From positions 1 to 62,077 of the forward strand of contig JAADVB010000095.1 of the NCBI GenBank assembly GCA_023334545.1: a stretch of 62,077 nucleotides of DNA. Direction: 5' to 3'. The DNA comes from Salisapilia sapeloensis CBS 127946. Lineage: Eukaryota > Protista > Oomycota. The translations under genes were made by a program, and so were the position numbers. The notes beneath the pieces were generated by a model, which ran no database searches, was not told where the DNA came from, and saw only the letters and a program-made list of their open reading frames with translations. Shown one piece after another: positions 13,336-24,871 of the stretch (its first letter is position 1; each line of letters opens with the position of its first letter).

Positions 13336-14511
13336 CTAGAGTTTGTGCTTAGATATGCCAACCAAACAGGTTGATTTCGTTAGTTTCGATTTAGGTCCGC
13401 TGCTAGGCTTAAACGCCTTCCGTTCTTGCATGGATATAGGTAGATGTTGCATGGCTACTTTCACAGGGTTACGGCGAGCTGGGAGCATGGCCTTGTTCAC
13501 CACACGCTCATCGTACGGATCTGGTAGTTGCTCCGGGAAGTCGTTAAATGCTCTACATGGCTGTCGTTAGCTACTGTACTTGTGCTAGATGAAGACAAAC
13601 ATACCCTTCTGGGCCGTGCTTGACGACGTCATTAGGTTTCCAAGCCTTCCTCGTAGTAGCTCTTGCTTCCGCTCTTTCCTTTGGACTCATTAACTCGATT
13701 GGATCTACAGGTTTCACTCGGCATTCATCGTCCCATCCATACACTTTCGATGCAGGCGTATGCTCATGCGCGTCGAAACAGTCAACACCATGTGAAACGG
13801 ACTTGAATGGCTTCCGTTCACCTACCAAAGCACGATGCTTTGCAGCGTCCTGACGCTGACTAGCAGCCATGGAGCCATACTCGGCAGCTATAGCAGGTGT
13901 TGGCTCGCCGAGTAAGGTATTCGGATACCCGTACGTCCCCCGCTTCCCCGCATTAGTTAGTATATTCTTTTTCTGTAGATAAAGCATGAGTATAGGATCG
14001 CTGTAGGATGCAAAGAGTATTTTGACCTCAAAGACACGATCCTTCGGATTCGGCTTAGGTTGGTTATTCGCTTCCTCTGCTTTCTTCAATTCTTCATCGC
14101 TACGCTCGTACTTGTCAAACGATCCAAAGTAGTCGCCTGATCCAGTACTGTTCATGCAAAACGAAAACGTCATTCACCAAATGCCAGATTACCATCAAAG
14201 TAAGGTACATACTGCTTTGGAGTCGGATTCGAGTACGTGAAGCCGCTTGGCTTCACAAATTTCCTTGTATTTTCCAATCGACGTTTACCCTCCACTTTGT
14301 ACTGCTCCAGGTACTCGCCAGTCAAGGCCTCGTGTTTGCGCATGCCAGGGCCGAACGTAGCGGCAGACGCACCTTTCTTTGCTGGGCTCGTGAGGAATGG
14401 CTTTTGGGTCCCACCAAGTCCACGAGGTGGATCCTTCTTCGGTGCATATGGGTCTCCTATGGACGTATACGACGGATCACTGAATCCCCCATCCCGAGAC
14501 ATTTTCTCCAT
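13336..14511 (-). CDS. CFAP96: Cilia/flagella-associated protein 96-like (C4orf47/UPF0602), 4 exons
   Basis: SYTSIGDPY, GSGDYFG, KNILTNAGKRGTYGYPN, FKPSSGPKS motifs; introns 14148-14212, 13973-14026 and one near 13560-13602. Confidence 0.78.
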
Positions 14512-14666
14512 TTATTCGACGCTGGTGAGGAAGATGACGAATGCAATGCAACTGCTATTGTTGATGAAAATGCTTATGAATCTTAGCAGATAAAAAGCTA
14601 TATATATCCGCTTATCATTTGTCTCCACTCCCATACAGCGCCCATAGATGTTTTTCAATTAAGATC

Positions 14667-16148
14667 TTAGAATCCATTCGCTTGGATCAAGTCTTTAAAC
14701 CAAAGAGCACTCTTCTTCGGCACACGTTCCAGGTTGTTGTCAAAGTCGACCCAGTATAAGCCAAAGCGCGCTCGGAAACCATGAGACCATTCAAACTTAG
14801 GATATGCCTAGCATTAGTACTTGTCGTGTAGATATAAATAGAGTACTAATACATTGTCAAGTAGAGTCCAGGCGACGTATCCACGGACGTCAGCGCCTTC
14901 GTCCATTGCCTCCTTCATGTTACCAATGTAGTCTTGGAAGAAGTTGACTCGCTTGTCATCATTCTGAGCATCTTCTCTCGTTACATCGGCCACGGCTGTA
15001 CCGTTCTCTGTGACGTGGATGCCTCCTTTCGGGTTGTATTTCTTCTGGACGTATAACAGGAGTCTCTTGAAGCCCCACGGAACGGAACAATATCCCATTT
15101 CCGTCCTCGACCACGATGGGTCTTCCGTATCATGGACAGCCATATCGACTTGCCATCCTCCCTTCTCGGCATCATTCGGAGGACGCAAACCTTTCAAGTA
15201 ATCTTCCGAAGGCTCGGCGTAACTCGAGTTGTAGTGATTCAAGCCAAAGAAGTCATTACTACCTTTCAACAGTTCCTTCTCCTCTTTCGTGAAAGATGGT
15301 AAGCGGTCACCACATTGCTTTTTCATAACTTCAGGGTAATCACCAAAGTAGACAGGATCCATAAACCAACCAAGTTCAAACGCAAGACCACGTTCAGCTG
15401 CATCTTCGTTCTGTTTCTTCTTCTCCTCGTCGTCGGTGGCCTTTGGTTCGAAGAAACGAGAGTTACATGTGAGAGCGATTACACCTCCTTGCTTCTTCTG
15501 GTAATCTCGACGATACAAATTTACTGCCTTGGCGTGGGCGAGGAGGATGTTGTGCCCAGAGATGTACGGATCCAAGTGTTTGCGATAGACTCGCCCAGGA
15601 GCGTGTTCGCCGAAGCCATGTCCTAGGTATGTGATGCACCATGGCTCATTAAACGTAATCCAAGTCTTCACACGGTCTCCAAAACGTTCGAAACAGACGC
15701 GAGCATACTCGACGAAAGCACGTTGGGTGATTTCACCTCCAAGCCATCCATCATACTCGGTTTGGAGAGCTAATGGGAGATCCCAGTGGTAGAGCGTCAC
15801 GAGAGGTTGGATGCCATTAGCTAGAAGCTCATCGATCAGGTTGTTATAGAACTTGACGCCTTCTTCATTGACTTCGCCAATACCAGCAGGGATGATCCTA
15901 GCCCACGCAATAGAGAAGCGGTACGTCTTGAAACCCAAGTTTTTCATCAGCCGAACATCTTCCTTGTACCGATGATAGTGATCAACAGCTACGTCGCCCG
16001 TTTGGCCTTTGTAGCATTTGCCAGGTGTCCGTGCAAAAGCATCCCAGATCGTATCACCTCGTCCGCCTTCGTTGACACCACCTTCGATTTGATAGGATGC
16101 GGTTGCTACACCCCAGTAAAAATTATCGGGAAATTGGTACTGCACCAT
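14667..16148 (-). CDS. Glycoside hydrolase family 1 beta-glucosidase, copy A; intron 14796-14852
   Basis: ATASYQIEG, TFNEP (acid/base), VTENG (nucleophile); last exon FEWSHGFRARFGL; no signal peptide. Confidence 0.93.
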
Positions 16149-17073
16149 GTTGGAAGCCTTGTTGCTTCTTGGACGTTGAATTGATCAATGAGCTGGAGCT
16201 GGAGAATAGATCGGCTTGAAGATGGGGCCATCTGGACACGTTGAAGCTTTAGTCAAGTGACGTTATCCTTGCCTCATTTTGAGCCTTTCAATGCCGAAAT
16301 GGAAATTAGAGGCGAAGATAAATGTCGTGTGTAGAAGTAATCCAACCTCCATGTAATAATCATGAATTGAGCGGGATGAAATGAGTTAAATAGATATGGA
16401 ATGTAGAAGTTAATTCTCCAATGTGTGCTGACGTGGTTGAAGATTCACTTGCTGTGGACAGAAACGACTGAATAACAAGTATGCATAAGAGACGACTGGA
16501 AGGCAGTACAAGCATCATAGCTCCAGCGGATTCCATCAATCTCACCAAGCGCAAGTTCTTATAGCATCACTCCGTACATTTCCAAAAGTTGTTTTATTTC
16601 TTATACTATTGCAGTCGTCTTTGATGTTTAAGCCCTTTGTACGTGCTTCAACCGACATAGACCTGCTTTATGCAGCGCTTTAGAGATATACCTCTCAGAT
16701 TTCTATTCATATTCCAAGTGCTGTGACAGAGTTATTATGATTCTCATGCATATCATCGCGTACGATCTATGACTAGAACGAAACTATATCACGTCGAATA
16801 TAGTTTAATGCAAAGAAAAGCGAGAGCTTCTTGTTGAATAATAATAAGATTACCTGAAACAACACACGTTCTAATGCGCTATTGTATAGTAAGCTCTAAT
16901 TCTAATTACAATAATTATTTCTAAATAATAATCATATCTTTCATGTTTCCTAGCTGTTTATGGGAAGATAAAACTATCATAAGTCATTTTTAACGAAAAA
17001 TAAAACGATGCTTTTTAAATGCAAGTACTCATTCGAAACAACTTTGTCTGTGTAGGGGGTATCCACCAACTAC

Positions 17074-18618
17074 TTAGTTCTCAATCTGAAATCCATTGTT
17101 GCGCATGCACTCAGCATACCATTGTCCAGATTTCTTGATCACTCGCTCCATCGTCTCGTAGTTAACCCAGACGAGACCAAAGCGTTTGGCATACCCTTGC
17201 GACCACTCGTACTATTCATAGACTCGTTAGTATATCTGTAGCACATCCCTAGAAACCATAAATATGCACATTGTCAATGAAAGACCACGCGTAGTAACCT
17301 CTGACATCCGCTCCTTCATCCATTGCCTCTTTCATGGCTGCAATGTAGCTACGGTAGTAGTCCACCCTCGGGCCATCATTCAGCGCCTCTTCCTTCGTAT
17401 TAGACGGCCACGCCATGCCATTCTCCGTGATGTAAATGCCATTCACTGGGTTGTACCTCTTTTGGATCCACAACAGCATGTTCTTGAATCCCCATGGAAC
17501 GACTCCCCAACCAACATCCGACACTTTCCAAGTCGGATCATTCGAGACAGATACTGCAGAATCTGCATCCCAGCCCCCAGTGTTATCGTTCGGTGGATTT
17601 TTCCCGTCAATAAAGTCAGCGGTAGGTGTAGCTAGATGTGTACTATAGCTGTTTAGTCCGAAGAAGTCACTGCTTCCTTTCAACATTTGCTTTTGCTCCT
17701 CCGTGAACTCTGGTAGTCGATCTCCACAACGGTCACGCATCACTTTCGGGTAGTCACCTAGATAAACAGGATCTGCAAACCATCCCAAGTGGAAAATCAT
17801 CGCTCGTTCCGCAGCCTCTTCATTCTGCTGCTTCTCCGTCGGGTCGTCCGTAGGCTTTGGTGCGACAAAGTTCGAGCTATAGGTAATACCGATTCGGCCT
17901 CCTTGCTTTGACTGGTACTCACGTCGATATAAATCCACTGTTCGGGCATGCGCTAGTAGCACATTATGACCTACATGTAGAGTTAGCTAAAGTTTTAGAG
18001 GTAATTGTATCAGAAGTGCATACCGACGGCATATGGCTCAAAGTGCTTGTTATGCTTGCGACCAGGAGCGAGGAATCCTGCACCGTACCCAAATTGGGAG
18101 AAAATGAATGGCTCATTGATTGTAATCCATGTCTTCACACGGTCTCCAAATCGTTCGAAGCAAACACGAGAGAACTCGACAAAGGCGCTCTGGATGATCT
18201 CGCCTCCAAGCCATCCATCGTACTCGGTTTGGAGTGCAAGAGGGAGGTCCCAGTGGTAGAGCGTCACGAGAGGCTGAATGCCATTAGCTAGAAGCTCATC
18301 GATCAGGTTGTTATAGAACTTGACGCCCTCCTCGTTCACGGCGCCGACACCCGATGGAATGATCCGTGGCCATGCGATCGATAGTCGATAATGCTTCAGT
18401 CCCATTTGCTTCATGATTTGGACATCTTCCTTGTACCGGTGGTAATGGTCCACGGCCACAGCGCCCGTGTCACCGTTGACAGTTTTACCGGGCGTCCGAG
18501 AGAACGCGTCCCAAATCGAATCGCCTCGGCCACCTTCGTCGACGGCGCCTTCGATTTGATACGAGGCGGTTGAGGCACCCCAGCAGAAATTGTCGGGAAA
18601 TTTAACTTCGGTAGGCAT
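17074..18618 (-). CDS. Glycoside hydrolase family 1 beta-glucosidase, copy B; introns 17971-18023 and 17212-17269
   Basis: STASYQIEG, TINEP, ITENG; last exon YEWSQGYAKRFGL; tandem paralog of copy A. Confidence 0.93.
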
Positions 18619-18648
18619 ACTGACAGATGATCAAGTGGTAACCAAGAT

Positions 18649-18666
18649 GTAAATTGCAGAATGAGC
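18649..18666 (-). promoter_or_regulatory. Oomycete INR+FPR core promoter of GH1 copy B
   Basis: Minus strand GCTCATTCTGCAATTTAC, a consensus match, 31-48 nt upstream of the ATG. Confidence 0.75.
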
Positions 18667-19869
18667 TAAATCTCATAAACTGTCCTTACAAGATTACGCG
18701 AGCTTGTCAACCGTGGTTGAAGTTGAAGTGAAGATACCATTCAGAGCTGTTGACGTGACCATCTACTTGTGGATACTTTCTTGCGCAATGTATGGCATGT
18801 GCTGCGTGCGATTGTGATCTAGCAGGGTCTATAGAGAGCTGCAGATAAGAAATGAAAGAGAGATCACGCCTTTAGCACATCCTTTTTATGTTCATCAGTA
18901 TGATCATGACGAGCATGAGCAGACGCGTGGCAATACCCTATCATTATGATGGCCGTGATTTATTTCCTTAGTGCTTTAATGTCCGCAAACGGCAACATGC
19001 TCAACACTAATGGCGCAGTACACACACAGGTTTTTGGATATCAACGCTCGTATTGGCTGTATTCCCCATGTCATCTTTATCTACAAATGAACTTGTCAAG
19101 GCACTAGCACTTGTAGATCAGGCTAACTAAAAGGTGCTATTCATCATTTGTACATCTCATGTCAAGCGTGGCGTAAACGACGAGGCCAAATTCAAAGTAG
19201 CAGCGTGCAGTATCACGACAGCGAACCTCTTCCTTGGCAACAAACATATCAATTCGTCGTTATGACGGCATCTTTCATTGCTCTGGACGCGTGTCTGTCT
19301 GCTGTTCAGAGGCTATAATTCCGACGGTAATTGATGCCATTTTCCTTCATAGGTAAGGATTAAATTGTGTGCTCGTACAACTCGTACGTTTAGCAAAGGC
19401 AATTCCTTACTCACACCGCTTCTTACGATCCAGAATACTGCGAGTCATCAAAATCTGCCTCTGAAATAAATGATACCTTATATGAGGTTTTTAGGCACAG
19501 GCAAACAGCGCACAAAGTATAATAGCTGCGGATAAATCATGCATATTTGATGTCCTTATGTTTGTCCCGCTAGGTTGGGCAAGTAGGCTTCTACCACAAT
19601 AAAGATTGAATCACATTTGCAAACAAACATTTTAAATATTGGAGCAAATTACCACATTAAACTGCGCCCAAACTTTACATCAACTACAAAGAATTTATGC
19701 TGTCCTTGGCGGAAACTTTAAAGAGAGTACACTTTGTATGGGGTCTCGCAAAACCTTGGCTCGCATCAAGGAATAGTCCATTATTAGTTCGCTAGTAGAT
19801 GACTGTCATGAAGCTGCCCACGATACACCACATCATGTAGACTTTTGTACAACCTAGATAGCAAGCTCA

Positions 19870-21000
19870 CCGAAGGAGGATACACTGCGTACTGGAGAAG
19901 TTCCGTATCTATAGCAGTCGTTGCATTGGCTTGCTTGTTCAATATGCATCGATTGCTCTGGTGTACGGAGTACTTCCACGTACTATCTATCCATTTCTGA
20001 ACAACTATTTGCACTTAAATGGTTACCAAACACTCTCCGCGCGTGTACTTCTCATGCTCCCTTGGGCATTTCAAGTCTTCATTGACGTGGTACCTATTTG
20101 CTTTCGTATCTATTCATCTCGTTAACGCGCGTACATGATCATTCGCTCTACCATGTTATTCGTGCTGGTCTTCATCAGTCAAAAGAAGCCTTACTGCATT
20201 GATCCAATCTTGCGTTGTCAAGATATCTCCGACCTTCCAGTATCGGAGCTTGTCAATCGGATCAACTTTCAAGCCCCAGACTCTGGAGCCGAGTAAGTCA
20301 CTTTCATGATGCTTGCGAGTTGCGGATATCTCGTGTTGGATATTACTTCAGACGGCCTCGTGGCTGAGTTTGTTCAGCATGGACCAGGGTAAACTCGACG
20401 TGCCATCAAATCGACCATTTATCAGGCTCACAGTATCTTCATGATCATTGCAACGCCGTTAGTTGGCTTCGGTATGAACGGGAAAGACCATGGTGGATCA
20501 TTTGACTGGTGGTTGAAAATGAAAAAATTGATGGGCACCTGCACCTATATTGCGCTCTCGGTGATACCAGCTAATCTCTTCTTCATACATGAACCCAAGG
20601 CAGTAAGTCAAGTTCAAATAAAAGTGTATGTAAAGATTTTCTGGGTATCATTACAGAACGAAGCAATGCTACAAGTGATGTCATATCGCTTCTTCAGTGG
20701 GGTCATCGATGGCTTTACGGTAACTCCAGCAGATCTAGTATCAGCGCTATTGGGCCCATGCTCATCCATTAAATGAAAGGCTTTTCAGTGTAGCCGGATT
20801 ACTCGTCTTTAGCTGTGCTCTCCATCGGAATGTTTACCATCCTTTGGCGCGCAACGACAAAATTGCTATCGAACATATCACCAATACCCTTTCTAGTGAT
20901 TGCTGGGGAACAGGGATGCCCAGATAAAGCTACTCCTAAAGCGTTATTCAAACCTCCATGCTCGTGGTGTATCCACCGTTTCAAGATACATGTGGCATTA
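19870..21000 (+). pseudogene. Folate-biopterin transporter (FBT/BT1) pseudogene
   Basis: LLVQYASIALVYGVLPRTIYPFLNNYL, GMNGKDHGGSFDW, YRFFSG, YWAHAHPLNE motifs; in-frame TAA at 20123, 20294 and 20390, plus frameshifts. Confidence 0.8.
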
Positions 21001-21044
21001 TATGATAGAAACAGCATCCACAAACCATCAAATCGCTCATACAA

Positions 21045-21931
21045 ATGCTTCGCTACTTGGCTCGTACGGCGGCGCACCATGCGTCCGCATCGACGTCTGC
21101 TTTGAAGCAGCAAAAGTCTCCATCACAATCGGTTATGCTGCTCCTACGTCGCCCTAATGGAAGTCGTAACGTGTCCTCTTCTCGCATCCGTCGAGCGGAA
21201 GAAAAGGTATGTCGGAATGACCAATTATACAAGCAAAAGTCTTATTTTATGTATTAGCCCCACGAGAATGCACGTGCTCAAGAAGGTCAAAAGCAGCCAG
21301 ACGCACTCGTGCTTACGCCGTACGAGAAAGTCACTGCCACCGCTACCAGTGGCTTTTGGCTCGGTCTCATCGGTCTCGGTTGTGTCGGCATCTACTTTGT
21401 TGCTCGAGAACTCCTACCAAAGTACTTTATTACTCATACAAAGCACATCTCCTGCCCTTGTACTAACATGTTGTCTAGCCGTATGAGTCCAAATGGTCTT
21501 TTCAATGAAACCTTGGCGGTCGTGACGGATAACACAGACGTATGATGTACTTGTCTTCCATCTCGTCTTTCCAGTATCTAATCATAAACTACCACTAGGT
21601 CTCGACTCGCATCGGTCTTCCGATCCACGGATACGGTCGTGACCACGGCGGTCATCGTGAAGGTCGTCGTAACCGTATTGAAAGCGTTCAGCTAAAGGAC
21701 AAGAACGGCAAGCCTCGGTTGCGCATCAAGTACAACATCAAGGGTCCGAACGGCCATGGCTACGTGTTCTGTGAGACACATGAAGACATGAAGAAGGGCG
21801 AGTTCGTCTACTTGATCGTCCAACTGACCAAGTCCGGGGAACTCATCACGATTGAGGACAACCGTCGATTCCTCGAAGCCGAGTCGGATGAAGAGCGCGA
21901 TGCGCTACGACAACTGCTCGGGAAACAGTAA
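21045..21931 (+). CDS. TIM21: Mitochondrial inner-membrane translocase subunit Tim21; exons 21045-21206, 21258-21421, 21479-21539, 21599-21931
   Basis: Presequence, single TM (GFWLGLIGLGCVGIYFVARELL), RIGLPIHGYG...RLRIKYNIKGP; three introns keep the frame. Confidence 0.85.
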
Positions 21932-21995
21932 CTCCATATCAATCCAAAAAACATGCAGGAGTCAAAGAAAAAGAAAAAAAGAGTTAAAGAAATTG

Positions 21996-24479
21996 TTATA
22001 GCTCATCATGAGCCTCCTCCTCCTCCTCGGTCTGCTCCTCGGTCTCGGTCTCTGTCTTGTCCTCTTCACTGGTCTCTGTATCCTCCACCGAGACAGTCTC
22101 ATCCATATCAGCAGAAGAAGAACTAGCCTCCTCTTCCTTGACCACTGGCTTCGGCTTCTTCGCTAACGAACTCACAAGTCGTCGCACGTTACTTGCCTTC
22201 CTTTGAATATCTGCAGACGTGATAGTCGGTGGAAGATGCTTGGCCTGTTCCTTCTTCTCCTCTCCCTTTTCCTTCAAATACGTTTCCAACCCCTCTACAC
22301 GACTGAGGACATCCTGGCGCTCTTCATCTGTCACTTGCGGCTTGTCACTCACCCACTCTTTCATCATCTCTCGGACACTAAACGCATACTCTTCTGCGTC
22401 ATTTAGAGCTTGTGGGAAGTCCGTGAGTTCCTTTAGACGGAAGAGCATGGCATCTAGAGGTTCTTCCAATGTCTTTCGCTTCGAGTTATAAGACGAAGCA
22501 CCGTCATGTTCTCCATCTTCCAACCATTCCAACGCATCATCTAGCTGAGATTCAAGAGACGACAGCATGTCTGATGTCGACACTTGTGCTAGTTCATCCT
22601 TCTTAGATGATAGCGTGTCCATTGCATGGAAAATGTAGCTTTCAAGTGCGTTCTTCGCTTCTAATTCCGCTCGGCGCTTCGTATCGGCTGCATCAAGAGC
22701 GTCTAGACGAGCCTTGGCAGCGTCCTTGGCATACTTGGTCAAGGATAAAGCTGCTAGTTCCTCTGCACCTGGATGTGAATCATACAACGACGTGATGACC
22801 AAGTTCTTTTCAATCGTTTTCGTAGTTGGACTCTCGTCTTCACCCGAGCTGTCCACTTGGACATCGTACGACGCAACTGCTTTCGACACATGCACCAGCC
22901 CGTGCGAATCTAGTTCAAACGAAACAGTGACTTGAGGTGCTCCCTCCACCTCCTTCTCCTTCATTTCCGTCGCCACGTCCTGGATACCTTCGATCCGGAC
23001 GCCATTGATCAAAGGTTTCGAACCCTTCGGTAGAGTGTTCACGTCGTCATACTGCAAATGGCACGCCACGTCTTGCTCCAATTGGAACGTCACCATCTTG
23101 CGTCCACCCAGGGCACTTCCCTTGGGAAAAACACTCGACCGCTTCTTCCAGTCGTTCGCTTCGAACTTGGCACCAATAGCATAGCTGCTAATGTCCGTCA
23201 TGCCGACTTGTCGGACACGGAAGGCGTTGCTTAAATTCGCACCGTAGAAGGCTGCACCAAGCGCCATGGCTTCATCTCCGTTTAAGTGGACACCCAAGTC
23301 CTTGCCGTTGAACATGCGCTTGAGCTGGGACTGGACGCGTGGCATGCGCACGCCACCTCCCACGAGCTCAATGTCATCTATCTGATCTATACTCAATCCA
23401 CTCGCTTCTAACGCATCCGACACGGGTGTCAACGCTCGATCGAACAAGTCCGACGACATCTTTTCGAGCTGCGAACGCGTCACGTGGGTCATGAGGTCCT
23501 GGTCATTGGCGAGAGACTGGAGACTCACGGGAATGTCTTCATTCGCACTCAGCACGACCTTGGTCTTCTTTGCCTGCGCTCGAAGCTTGGCCATCGCCTT
23601 GGGGTTCTCCTTCACCTCGATGTTCGTATTACTTGTAAATTCATCTGCGAGGTGGTTTGCTAACCGGAGGTCGAATTGGGAACTGCCGAGCGTAGCGTCC
23701 CATGCCTTGCTCAAGACACGGAAGCTCGAGATAGTCTTATTCTTCTTAAATCCGTCCGGAACGACTTGGCTTTCAAAGCGAACGACTTGCACTTGAGTCG
23801 ACGTGGAGCCCATGTTGTAGATCAAGACGTTCTTTGGGGCGTCGAATGTCGAGTGGACTGCGTGCTGGAGACTAGCAGCCGTATTTTCATCGATTAACGA
23901 CAGGACGCGGATACCAGCGAGCTCTGCGGCGTCTAATAGAGCCTTTCGCTGCGCTTGGTCAAAGAACGACGGGACGGTGAGTACCCAGTCACGGACCTTG
24001 GCTTCGGCAAAGACCTCGGTGATGTGACGAGCGTGGGCAAACACCATGGCTACCACTTCCTCTGCACTGTACACGTCTTCGTCGGAATGCACGAGTGAAA
24101 CTGTGTTGCGAGTCGAGTTTGACTCAAATTTGTACGGCAGGTACTCTTCTGTCGTCAACGACGTGACCTGTGGGTGGTCTACGTGGTTGCCGAGGAGACG
24201 ACGCACTTGCGTGTAGGCCGAGTACGGTCGACGGACGCTGCTGGTGGCGGCATCTGCGCCGTAGAGACGCTCTTCACCGTCGAATGCCACCATGGTCTCT
24301 GTCTTTCGCTTCGAATGGACATTCGTGACGATCTCGAAGGGTGTACCAGGCTTGACGAGTGCAATTTTAAAGAATTCACCGCCAAAGTCGACACCCGCGA
24401 CGTTAGCATTGACGACGGCTACTGTTGCCGCTAGTATGGATAATAGAGCTAGGATAATACTTTTCGACTGTAGCTTCAT
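21996..24479 (-). CDS. HYOU1: ER Hsp70-like nucleotide exchange factor GRP170/Lhs1
   Basis: Signal peptide, GVDFGGEFFKIA, NGDEAMALGAA, C-terminal HDEL. Confidence 0.93.
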   Translation of the reverse strand: MKLQSKSIILALLSILAATVAVVNANVAGVDFGGEFFKIALVKPGTPFEIVTNVHSKRKTETMVAFDGEERLYGADAATSSVRRPYSAYTQVRRLLGNHVDHPQVTSLTTEEYLPYKFESNSTRNTVSLVHSDEDVYSAEEVVAMVFAHARHITEVFAEAKVRDWVLTVPSFFDQAQRKALLDAAELAGIRVLSLIDENTAASLQHAVHSTFDAPKNVLIYNMGSTSTQVQVVRFESQVVPDGFKKNKTISSFRVLSKAWDATLGSSQFDLRLANHLADEFTSNTNIEVKENPKAMAKLRAQAKKTKVVLSANEDIPVSLQSLANDQDLMTHVTRSQLEKMSSDLFDRALTPVSDALEASGLSIDQIDDIELVGGGVRMPRVQSQLKRMFNGKDLGVHLNGDEAMALGAAFYGANLSNAFRVRQVGMTDISSYAIGAKFEANDWKKRSSVFPKGSALGGRKMVTFQLEQDVACHLQYDDVNTLPKGSKPLINGVRIEGIQDVATEMKEKEVEGAPQVTVSFELDSHGLVHVSKAVASYDVQVDSSGEDESPTTKTIEKNLVITSLYDSHPGAEELAALSLTKYAKDAAKARLDALDAADTKRRAELEAKNALESYIFHAMDTLSSKKDELAQVSTSDMLSSLESQLDDALEWLEDGEHDGASSYNSKRKTLEEPLDAMLFRLKELTDFPQALNDAEEYAFSVREMMKEWVSDKPQVTDEERQDVLSRVEGLETYLKEKGEEKKEQAKHLPPTITSADIQRKASNVRRLVSSLAKKPKPVVKEEEASSSSADMDETVSVEDTETSEEDKTETETEEQTEEEEEAHDEL

Positions 24480-24871
24480 GATGCACAAGTTGCAACGAAA
24501 CGTATGAGCGATACGGCGTCAATACAGCACGAGGAAAAGTGAATTAGAGACTCGAAATCTATGCTTCTTGTCCACGTGTCTTGTTTTAGATACCCGAGGC
24601 ATCTTTTCATCCAATCCTATCACTTCCTATTGGATTATCTCCAATCGTAGCGTACTTGTAAACAGATTGTTTGGACGGTTGAAGTTGTTTGCACCAATAG
24701 TGGTATATTTAGCTTCGTCTACGTCGAATTGTTGAAGCGGTACTTGGATATAGAGTTTAGTACCCAGTTTAGCACATAGCGTAATTTATGTCCCAGTGAT
24801 GTGGTACGTGAAGGGTACTTTAATGGATCTTGGATGGTACTTTGACCTACTCAAAGGAACGCCGAGGCACG

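Noticed and set aside
20123-20392. TAA reassignment or readthrough (in-frame TAAs in FBT and trypsin frames)
   Set aside because: TAA ends SOD2, RPL4, mtHSP70, XPD and RPL11; the same loci also carry frameshifts.
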